A stretch of 24,464 nucleotides of DNA, taken from a virus (lineage: Duplodnaviria; Caudoviricetes). The notes below the pieces were generated by a model that made no database searches, was not told where the DNA came from, and saw only the letters and a list, made by a program, of their open reading frames with translations. Both the position numbers and the translations under genes were made by a program. Of the stretch, positions 16,114 through 23,953 are shown piece after piece; the first letter of the stretch is position 1, and each line of letters begins with the position of its first letter. The DNA is taken from IMG/VR virus record IMGVR_UViG_3300006789_000153, positions 1 to 24,464 of that record. The stretch is one strand, 5' to 3'.

Positions 16114-18456
16114 ATGGCACGCGACGCGTCAGGTAATTATAGTTTAGCATCGGGGAACCCGGTTAGCTCGGGTACGACGATCTCAGCGACATGGGCGAAT
16201 AACACGCTGACAGACCTTGCCACGGAGATGACAGACAGCCTCTCCCGGTCAGGTAGTGGCGCGATGCTCGCAGGTCTGGAAGGGTTCGCAGGCACCGTCA
16301 GTCTACCCGGCTACGCCTTCACCGATGAGCTATCCACAGGTATATACTACATCGCCACGGGGAACGTCGGCATAGCCCTCGCGGGTGTGCAGGTCATGGA
16401 CTACGCCTCGGAGGTCGCCACGGTGATCAGCGCAGTGGCAGACGCTACTATTGGCCCTATCCTCAAGCTGCATAGGAACTCAGCCTCGCCAGCAGACGCG
16501 GACTTTATAGGCGCGGTCTACTTCGACGGTGAGGACGACGGGGGTACACAGACCACCTTCGCCTCTATCGAGGCCCAGATAGACGACGTGACAGACGCCA
16601 CAGAAGACGGCACGCTGCTCGTCAAGACCATGCAGGCGGGCACGCTCACCACAGTCATCGACATCAGCACCTCGGTGGTGGTCACACCGGCTACTACCTT
16701 GTCTACGTCCCTGACACTTGCCACAGGCGCGACGGTCACAGGTATACTCGATGAAGACGCGATGGGTACAAACAGTGCCACACAGCTTGCCACGCAGCAG
16801 TCGATCAAGGCGTATGTAGACGCGCAGGTAGGCACAGTGAACTCACTGACTGAGGTGCTGGCGCTGGGCAACACCACAGGCGGCACGAATCTGGAGATCA
16901 CCAACGGTGACGCTATTGTGACCACCGTGGGCAACCTCGCACTGACACCCGTAGCCGGATCAGCTATCGTTCTGGACGGCACGATCAGCGTCGATGCGGG
17001 TGTGGTCACAGGCGCGACATCTATCACCAGCACAGTGTTTGTAGGCAACCTGACAGGTAACGCATCAGGGACAGCCGCAACCGTAACAGGGGCTACACAG
17101 GCAGCAATCACCACTCTCGCTAACGCGGTCACAGTGGGCGCATTGGACTCAGGTTCGATCACGAGCGGCTTCGGATCTATTGACGTAGGCTCCAGTGCTA
17201 TCGACGGTGGCGTGATTACAGCGGATACAAATTTTGCTGGAAATTTAACAGGTAATGTTACTGGAAACACCAGCGGCACGGCAGCCACTGTAACGGGCGG
17301 GACGCAGGCCAGTATAACAAGTGCGGCAAATCTTGTTACTGTAGGCGCATTGGACTCAGGGTCAATTACGTCAGGTTTTGGGTCTATTGATGTCGGCTCC
17401 AGTGCTATCGACGGCGGTGTGATCACAGCGGATACAAACTTCGCAGGGAATATTACAGGTAATGTCACAGGTAACACTTCTGGCACGGCAGCAACAGTCA
17501 CAGGCGCGACTCAGGCAGCAATTACCACGCTGGCTAACGCCGTCACGGTTGGAGCACTGGACTCAGGCTCTATAACGTCGGGATTTGGGTCTATTGACGT
17601 CGGCAGTAGCGCCATTGACGGTGGTGTAATTACTGCTGATACAAATTTTGCTGGAGATTTAACAGGTAACGTAACAGGCAACGCCAGTGGCACCGCAGCA
17701 ACGGTCACAGGCGGAACACAAGCATCCATCACGAGTGCAGCCAATTTGGTCACTGTAGGAGCGCTGGACTCAGGTTCGATTACGTCAGGTTTTGGCGCTG
17801 TCGATGTCGGGTCGAGCGCCATTGATGGCGGGGTGATTACAGCCGCTACAAATTTTGCAGGGCCGCTAACTGGCAACGTCACAGGCAACGCCAGCGGCAG
17901 CTCAGGCACTTGTACAGGGCTGGCATCCGGCAACATAGGCAAATCAACTATATTCGTTCCAGTAGCGGCTATGCTGCCCACGGTGTCTAACGGCTGTGCG
18001 GCGATAGCACAGGCTGCGACAGGGGCTGGGCAACCAGATATGAACGTGCTGGACTTTGACGGGACTTCTGCCGAATACGCACAGTTCCAAGTGGCGTTTC
18101 CAAAGAGCTGGAATGAGGGCACAGTAGCCTTCCAAGCCTTCTGGACTTCTACGGCTACTGATACCGATGGTGTGGCATGGAGTCTACAAGGTGTAGCGGT
18201 TAGTAACGACGGCACGATAGGCGCGACCTACGGTACTGCTGTTGTGGTCATTGACAACAATATCTCGGCAGCAAATGACATGCTTGTAACGGGCGAGTCT
18301 GGCGCTATCACCATAGCCGGTACGCCAGCGGCTGAGGATATGTGCTATTTCAGGATATTCAGGGCTGTATCAAACGGCAGCGATACTATGGCGGAGGACG
18401 CGAGGCTTATAGGGATAAAACTGTTTTTCACCACTGACGCAGGGAACGATGCCTAA
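16114..18456 (+). CDS. Tail fibre protein with internal 69-aa repeats
   Basis: N-terminus MARDASGNYSLASGNPVSSGTTISATWAN is a podophage fibre attachment-type domain. Thr/Gly/Ala-rich shaft, ILDEDAMGTNSATQLATQQSIKAYVD motif, four repeats and a C-terminal beta domain (QFQVAFPKSWNEGT...DARLIGIKLFFTTDAGND). Confidence 0.85.
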   Translation: MARDASGNYSLASGNPVSSGTTISATWANNTLTDLATEMTDSLSRSGSGAMLAGLEGFAGTVSLPGYAFTDELSTGIYYIATGNVGIALAGVQVMDYASEVATVISAVADATIGPILKLHRNSASPADADFIGAVYFDGEDDGGTQTTFASIEAQIDDVTDATEDGTLLVKTMQAGTLTTVIDISTSVVVTPATTLSTSLTLATGATVTGILDEDAMGTNSATQLATQQSIKAYVDAQVGTVNSLTEVLALGNTTGGTNLEITNGDAIVTTVGNLALTPVAGSAIVLDGTISVDAGVVTGATSITSTVFVGNLTGNASGTAATVTGATQAAITTLANAVTVGALDSGSITSGFGSIDVGSSAIDGGVITADTNFAGNLTGNVTGNTSGTAATVTGGTQASITSAANLVTVGALDSGSITSGFGSIDVGSSAIDGGVITADTNFAGNITGNVTGNTSGTAATVTGATQAAITTLANAVTVGALDSGSITSGFGSIDVGSSAIDGGVITADTNFAGDLTGNVTGNASGTAATVTGGTQASITSAANLVTVGALDSGSITSGFGAVDVGSSAIDGGVITAATNFAGPLTGNVTGNASGSSGTCTGLASGNIGKSTIFVPVAAMLPTVSNGCAAIAQAATGAGQPDMNVLDFDGTSAEYAQFQVAFPKSWNEGTVAFQAFWTSTATDTDGVAWSLQGVAVSNDGTIGATYGTAVVVIDNNISAANDMLVTGESGAITIAGTPAAEDMCYFRIFRAVSNGSDTMAEDARLIGIKLFFTTDAGNDA
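17068..17895 (+). repeat. Four tandem 207-bp (69-codon) intragenic repeats in ABAB order
   Basis: Units start at 17068, 17275, 17482 and 17689: GTAATVTG[ATQAAITTLANA or GTQASITSAANL]VTVGALDSGSITSGFGSIDVGSSAIDGGVITADTNFAG.. . Confidence 0.95.
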
Positions 18457-21140
18457 TGAGTTTTGGTTATCAGATGCTTGGGTTCGGTGGTGGCGGCACA
18501 CCTACCACTCCTATAGATACACTACTAGCCACAGCCCTTGCCCGATATACGGCAGACGACATTGTAGGCACGTTTCCCGTCACAGAGTGGACGAACTCAG
18601 GTACGGGTGGAGCATCCTACGACCTTGATACGGTTGTGGGTACAGCGGCTAATTTGATTACGCTTGAGAGCCACATGGTGAAGGTGACATACGCAGATTA
18701 CCTATCCACGCCTGACTCAGCCGCTAACAGTTTTACAGGGGACTTTACAGTTATCGGTTATGGTGCGCTGGCTGATTGGGGTTCAACAGGTAGGCAATAC
18801 ATTGCGGGGCAGTTCACTTCCGTAGGGGAATTTTGTTGGGCTTTTGCTACTGAGTCAGGCGCAGACAAGCTGTACCTAGTTACAACTAGTGATGGGACGG
18901 TCGCTACCGTTGCAGATGGCGCGTCGAATGCAAGCTACAGTTTTGCTAATGGTTCCGCGCACTGGATTAGAGTTACTTACGATATATCGGCAAATACGGC
19001 AGATTTTTATACGTCAGGCGATGCCGCAGATACGGAACCAACCGCAGTATCATGGACTCAGCTAGGAACGTCAGTAACAATAACACAGACAAGCCTTTAC
19101 GATAGTAGTGGCGATATTCAGGTAGGCGACATATTGGATGGAGGCTCAACATGGGGCGGGAAATTTGGCAGAGTAGTTGGTATAAAAAGCACTGACCCAA
19201 CCGCAGCCCCCGCATGGGATTGTAACCCAGCAGATGCTTCCCCCAACGCCGACACATGGACAAGCAGCGGCGCAAACGCAGAGGTCTGGACAATTGAAGG
19301 CGATGCAGTGGTCAATACGACAGACTACGATGCTGTGTATGCTAAAGGATCGGTTGGTATAGAGACAACGACGGAGCAAGCGATAGCTGATCCCATGACT
19401 ATATTCATGGTACTGAAACAAAAAATTGCAGATCCCAGTGCTACTGAGGTGTATTTCAACGCTAAGTCAACAGGCTCGGCTAGTATAGGGGTAAACACTG
19501 AGCCTGGAACACCAGACAAGATTACTCTGTACGCGGGATCAAACATATATCTAGCTGAACCATACCAAAACGCACTTTCTATCACTACGATCCAACATAA
19601 CGGGGATGCTACTACAAAACTAACAGACAGCAGTATGGGTAGTGTGACAGGGGACGCAGGGGCATACCACTTAAACTGGGGTACGTTGTTTTCCAATACT
19701 GCTCACACTGTGCCGACAACGGGCGCAATGTACGAGTTCATCGTGTTCGACTCAGCCCTGAGTGACGACGATGTAGCACTGGTACAGGACTACCTTGAAA
19801 CCAAGTACGAGCTGGCTAACGCTGAAACCCTGCTTGCTACTGCGCTGGCCCACTACACTCCTGCTGACATTGTAGGCACGTTCCCCATAACTGAGTGGAC
19901 GAACAGCGGCACAGGCGGTACGGATTATGATCTGGATACCGTGAATGGGACTGCGGCTAATTTGTTTGTGTTGCCTAGCAATACAGCTAGGAGGGACAGC
20001 ACTTCGGGCAACTACTTTTCTACTCCCGACTCTGCCGACAACAGCGTATCCAGTGCGTTCACAATTATTGCTTATGCTTCTTTTGATGTCTGGGATACTG
20101 GAACTTATGTTGTTGCGGGTAAGTATGGAGGGAGTTCTGATCGTTGTTATAGATTTTATATTAGTGGTGGCCAACTAACCCTAACCACGTCAACCACTGG
20201 TTCCGATTATGTTTATTCCAATTCTACATCTGCTACAGGGTTTAGTAATGGTACAGGTCACTGGATAAGGGTTACTTTTGATAATTCAGCCAACACAACC
20301 AACTTCTATACCAGTGATGATGCTGCTACAACAGCGGTAGCAAGCGTATCATGGGCGCAACTCGGTAGTGCCGACATATCCCATGTTGTAGGCACGTTGG
20401 TTGATAGCTCACATGAGTTTGAGATTGGTTCAGATACTAGCGGTACAGATAACAAGGCTACAGGGAATTTTGGCAGGGTAGTTTTGCTCAACAGTACAGA
20501 CCCAACGGCTACGCCAGTACTGGATTTCAACCCAGCAGATGCTACTGCCAACACCTCAACATGGGTAAGCAGCGGTGCTGGTGGTGAGACATGGACTATA
20601 CAGGGTGATGCTTTTGTCAATACGACTGACTATGCGGCTGTGTATGTGAATGACGACGTAGGTTTGGAGACAACAGCAGGGCAGACTATAAGTTCGCCCG
20701 GAACTGTGTTCATGGTCTTTAAGTACACAGAAGGGTCAGTCTCCGACGCTTATTTCTTACACGATGCTCGGTCTGATAGTGATGCTAGGTGGAAAGGCAT
20801 TAACTCAAATCCGAACCGAGAGTTTGGTGTTGGACAGGGTAGTGGGTCAGAGATCCAGATTACCCCAGCTTATGACACTGATATGCACGTTGTTTCTGAA
20901 CACTTTAATGGGGATGCAACAACTAAACTTATTGTTTCTGGATTGGCTAGTGTCACAGGTAATGTTGGATCAGATGATTGGGATTTTGCGACCTTCTTTA
21001 CCTCGTATGATGGGCCAACTACTCCAAGCTATAATGAGTATGTGGGGGCTATGTGGGAAATCATTGTATTTGACTCAGCACTCACGGATTCAGAAGCAGG
21101 TACTATCCGCAATCACCTACTAACAAAATACGGGTTATAA
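18456..21140 (+). CDS. Putative receptor-binding / fibre-tip protein made of two tandem ~436-aa LamG/ConA-like modules
   Basis: Short MSFGYQMLGFGGGG leader. Two homologous halves begin TLLATALA.YT..DIVGTFP.TEWTNSGTGG (offset 1308 bp; 18558 vs 19866) and end E.IVFDSAL.D......YL/HL.TKY. Beta-rich in Ser, Thr, Trp and Tyr. Confidence 0.7.
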   Translation: MSFGYQMLGFGGGGTPTTPIDTLLATALARYTADDIVGTFPVTEWTNSGTGGASYDLDTVVGTAANLITLESHMVKVTYADYLSTPDSAANSFTGDFTVIGYGALADWGSTGRQYIAGQFTSVGEFCWAFATESGADKLYLVTTSDGTVATVADGASNASYSFANGSAHWIRVTYDISANTADFYTSGDAADTEPTAVSWTQLGTSVTITQTSLYDSSGDIQVGDILDGGSTWGGKFGRVVGIKSTDPTAAPAWDCNPADASPNADTWTSSGANAEVWTIEGDAVVNTTDYDAVYAKGSVGIETTTEQAIADPMTIFMVLKQKIADPSATEVYFNAKSTGSASIGVNTEPGTPDKITLYAGSNIYLAEPYQNALSITTIQHNGDATTKLTDSSMGSVTGDAGAYHLNWGTLFSNTAHTVPTTGAMYEFIVFDSALSDDDVALVQDYLETKYELANAETLLATALAHYTPADIVGTFPITEWTNSGTGGTDYDLDTVNGTAANLFVLPSNTARRDSTSGNYFSTPDSADNSVSSAFTIIAYASFDVWDTGTYVVAGKYGGSSDRCYRFYISGGQLTLTTSTTGSDYVYSNSTSATGFSNGTGHWIRVTFDNSANTTNFYTSDDAATTAVASVSWAQLGSADISHVVGTLVDSSHEFEIGSDTSGTDNKATGNFGRVVLLNSTDPTATPVLDFNPADATANTSTWVSSGAGGETWTIQGDAFVNTTDYAAVYVNDDVGLETTAGQTISSPGTVFMVFKYTEGSVSDAYFLHDARSDSDARWKGINSNPNREFGVGQGSGSEIQITPAYDTDMHVVSEHFNGDATTKLIVSGLASVTGNVGSDDWDFATFFTSYDGPTTPSYNEYVGAMWEIIVFDSALTDSEAGTIRNHLLTKYGL

Positions 21141-21143
21141 ATT

Positions 21144-21479
21144 ATGAGAGAACGAACAGATACATTTCAAGTGGGGCCGGTTGCTACCAAGGCAGAGGTC
21201 AAACAGCTAATACAGGACAAGATGCCTGATGTGTTATCAGAGGCGCGTAAGACTGCCGATGGCAAGTCGATCACGGCAAGGGCAACGCTGACAGAGTATG
21301 ACACCATGACCATGCCAGATGAGTCCGTCATGGCTCCTGCGTTCATTGCTCATGTGTATATTGAGCATAAGAAAGATGAACTGGCCGATACGGATTTGGT
21401 GCTGGAGAAGCAAGTAATTACGGAGACATGGAAGATCGGGGTATATGATTCACCTGAATTGCCGGATAGGTTTGTATAA
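21144..21479 (+). CDS. Hypothetical protein
   Basis: 111-aa ORF that fills the gap, co-oriented, 3 bp after the previous stop. No recognisable motif. Confidence 0.6.
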   Translation: MRERTDTFQVGPVATKAEVKQLIQDKMPDVLSEARKTADGKSITARATLTEYDTMTMPDESVMAPAFIAHVYIEHKKDELADTDLVLEKQVITETWKIGVYDSPELPDRFV

Positions 21480-21522
21480 TCCCGGCAGGGAGTAGGACAG
21501 ATCACCTAAACGTGGAGTAGCT

Positions 21523-21852
21523 ATGAAGACAATAACTTTAAGAAAGACAGAGATGCCCATCAACCACCTTGACCCCGCCAGCGAGATGATCGCTTTCAGT
21601 TGGGTAGAGGAGATCAAACGGCTACTGGTGACACCCAAGAACCCAGAGCAGAGTACCGACTACGAAGAAATGCTGGAGGTGATGCCCGTGTACAACAAGT
21701 TCAAGGCGTATAAACAGCCTGAGATCGGTGATGGTAGCCTTGAACTGGAGGACGCGGAGTTTAAACTGGTCATGGACAGGCTCACGTCTGCCAAGTTCCG
21801 TGTAAACGCCCCGGAAGTGTTCGAGATGATCGAAACAATAAAGGCAAGCTAA
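21523..21852 (+). CDS. Hypothetical protein (possible tail-fibre assembly factor)
   Basis: 109 aa with RBS GGAG about 5 nt upstream. Acidic and helical (LELEDAEFKLVMDRL). Function is guessed from position only. Confidence 0.55.
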   Translation: MKTITLRKTEMPINHLDPASEMIAFSWVEEIKRLLVTPKNPEQSTDYEEMLEVMPVYNKFKAYKQPEIGDGSLELEDAEFKLVMDRLTSAKFRVNAPEVFEMIETIKAS

Positions 21853-21853
21853 T

Positions 21854-23770
21854 ATGACTGTCATCCAACCCACAGGCGCGGTAGACCCGGCTACAGGGCT
21901 ACCTCTAGCACAGCAACCGGTACGAGAGGCGAAACAGCAAATGCCTCCGGGTACTTATGCCCCTGCGGGGACAGGCATGTTTGCGGGTTCAATGCTCCCT
22001 GTGGACGACTACACCCCGCCGCCTGTACAGACCCCGCTTCCTGTGCAACCGCTGCCTCCGCAAGACTATGGCACTCGTCCGGGGTCTGACTATGCCTTCA
22101 ATCAAGCTGACGTCAATGCGTTTGTGGACGCGGGTAACTACACGTCAAACCAGAACAACCGTATCGACCCGAATGAGTGGCTTGAACAGAACATCAACAT
22201 GAACAACCGCAGCGAGGTGCAGAACGCAGTTGGCGGCGGTGGATTTGAAGATGATCAGGCCCTGCTCAGTCAGGCAGACGCCTACCTGAACCCTGTCTAC
22301 AACCCAGTAACTGACCAGCCCTACAAGGCTGACCAGCTTACGGAGTTTGATAACTGGAACCCTGAGTGGCGTGACGATGACATACTTGACGCGCAGGAGT
22401 GGGCGGACTACCAACTGCAACGCGACACAAGCGGCTGGGGTGATCTACCGCAAGAGCAGCAGGACGCGCTTGCCGATGCGCTATACCAAGGGGCTAACGA
22501 CGAGCGTATAAACGACACGTCACGTCTCGGCTTGCAAAACTCAGTCACGTCGCTGTTCCCTAACTTCGCACCTGAGAACACCAACACAGGTGGTGACATA
22601 CTCGAATATCCTATGCCGCCGCTGTCTGAACGCGCCGACGCCTACCAGATACCCGGCGACGGAGTGGACGGACAGAATGGTTACTTCAAGCCAATGACAC
22701 AGCATGCTATGGGCAATTACGGAGATGACAGAGAGCCGACACCCTACATACCACTGGATGAGATAAACCCAATACAGTACACCAATCCCATCACTGGGAA
22801 AGACTATGACAACATCGACCAGCTTATTGCGTGGGATGTGAACTGGGATGCCAACCAGAACAACCGTGTGGACGCACAGGAGTGGGCTGACTACCAGTTA
22901 CGCGACGGTGCGTCTACTGAGTGGTTGGCGCTACCTATAGAGCATCAGGCGATGATTAAAGACGCGCTAATCAAAGGGTTGGATAACAATAATATCAACC
23001 ACCCAACTAAGGTACTCTTAGCTGATGCGATTAACAGTGCGTGGCCTGACTCTGTGGAAGCGCCCGCCGCTGACCCCGCCGCTGACCCCGCCGCTGACCC
23101 GAACGCCGTTGATCCACATACAGGTATGACCGCAGAGCAGATGGCGGGCTACGCGGCATGGGTAGCCGCGAATGGAGGCACACCCGATCAGGAGTTCATC
23201 TATACAGAAGGCCCCGCCGGGCCTATAGAAATACCCAACCCCAACTATGACAGAGCCAGACACACCTTCGACGCGGGCGCCTATCTAGAAAACAACCCTG
23301 ACGTAGCGGACTTAGCGCGGCGGGATAACTGGGCGGAGACAGGATACACCGCCTACGATCACTGGATAGACTATGGGCAGAACGAGTCCAACCGTCAGCA
23401 CTGGCAGGCCGATGATTGGGTAGGCGACCCACGGACGACCACGGATGGCGGAGGCACGACCACGACCCCGACCACGGGTGACGGAGGCACGACCACAGAC
23501 GAGTTCACCAACCCGGTCACGGGAACCACATTCAAGAACTTCGACACGACACGCGACATCAATAGCGATGGTGTGTATGACATCCATGAATGGTGGCAGT
23601 TCCAGATGCAGCCCGACCGTAAGGAGACGTGGTTGGCGCTACCTATAGAGCATCAGGCGATGATTTACAACGCGCTTGTAGACGGCTACCGCAGCAGCGA
23701 CCTTAGCTCCGTGGAGAAATCGGCTTTAGAGTGGAAAATACTAGATACGTGGCCGGAACCCCAGTTTTAA
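21854..23770 (+). CDS. Acidic repeat protein with EF-hand-like loops and an FDxxxYLxxNPDV motif
   Basis: 638 aa, Asp/Asn/Pro-rich. Loops: DINSDGVYDIHE (23555-23590), DANQNNRVDAQE (22847-22882), TSNQNNRIDPNE (22142-22177), EWRDDDILDAQE (22364-22399). FDAGAYLENNPDV...HWIDYGQNESNR at 23267-23395. Confidence 0.75.
   Translation: MTVIQPTGAVDPATGLPLAQQPVREAKQQMPPGTYAPAGTGMFAGSMLPVDDYTPPPVQTPLPVQPLPPQDYGTRPGSDYAFNQADVNAFVDAGNYTSNQNNRIDPNEWLEQNINMNNRSEVQNAVGGGGFEDDQALLSQADAYLNPVYNPVTDQPYKADQLTEFDNWNPEWRDDDILDAQEWADYQLQRDTSGWGDLPQEQQDALADALYQGANDERINDTSRLGLQNSVTSLFPNFAPENTNTGGDILEYPMPPLSERADAYQIPGDGVDGQNGYFKPMTQHAMGNYGDDREPTPYIPLDEINPIQYTNPITGKDYDNIDQLIAWDVNWDANQNNRVDAQEWADYQLRDGASTEWLALPIEHQAMIKDALIKGLDNNNINHPTKVLLADAINSAWPDSVEAPAADPAADPAADPNAVDPHTGMTAEQMAGYAAWVAANGGTPDQEFIYTEGPAGPIEIPNPNYDRARHTFDAGAYLENNPDVADLARRDNWAETGYTAYDHWIDYGQNESNRQHWQADDWVGDPRTTTDGGGTTTTPTTGDGGTTTDEFTNPVTGTTFKNFDTTRDINSDGVYDIHEWWQFQMQPDRKETWLALPIEHQAMIYNALVDGYRSSDLSSVEKSALEWKILDTWPEPQF
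22921..23665 (+). repeat. Perfect 37-bp direct repeat pair (22921-22957 and 23629-23665)
   Basis: GTGGTTGGCGCTACCTATAGAGCATCAGGCGATGATT occurs at both positions and encodes WLALPIEHQAMI. Confidence 0.95.
23063..23098 (+). repeat. 12-bp tandem repeat x3 (PAAD linker)
   Basis: CCCGCCGCTGAC repeated three times exactly. Confidence 0.95.
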
Positions 23771-23919
23771 CGCTTAGTCTGGGCATACTTTCGACGACGC
23801 TCACGGGAGAAGTCGAGGGCTAGTTTACGGTCAGAGTCAGGCACCCAGATGGTCATCCTGATAAACCCCTTCCGCTTCTGCTTCTGTGAATATTTCTGCA
23901 CTGCTTTTACATTGCTCAC
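23767..23919 (-). CDS. Small basic protein, DUF3018/ribbon-helix-type putative DNA-binding regulator (not in ORF track)
   Basis: Manual translation from GTG 23919 gives MSNVKAVQKYSQKQKRKGFIRMTIWVPDSDRKLALDFSRERRRKYAQTKR* (50 aa). The K.KGF.R.TIWVPD motif resembles the GLRPIQIWVPD family. Its stop overlaps the stop of the convergent + strand gene. An alternative GTG start lies at 23934. Confidence 0.6.
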   Translation of the reverse strand: MSNVKAVQKYSQKQKRKGFIRMTIWVPDSDRKLALDFSRERRRKYAQTKR

Positions 23920-23953
23920 GGGAATTTTTCGCACTTGTAGAATGAGCGTATGA

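Noticed and set aside
16518-18215. Long minus-strand ORFs (327 aa and 234 aa) and the many other antisense ORFs such as 4050-4562, 9009-9614 and 14217-14909
   Set aside because: They are shadows of + strand genes produced by codon bias and repeats. They lie fully within well-supported genes and have no independent motifs.
12103-18456. Amber (TAG) stop-codon reassignment
   Set aside because: Genes are full length under the standard code, TAG appears only at sensible gene ends followed by new starts, and no suppressor tRNA is seen.
22921-23690. Diversity-generating retroelement TR/VR pair suggested by a near-C-terminal repeat in a BPP-1-like genome
   Set aside because: Both copies are in the same ORF, identity is only 37 bp, flanking mismatches are not confined to adenines of one copy, and no reverse transcriptase is present in the window.
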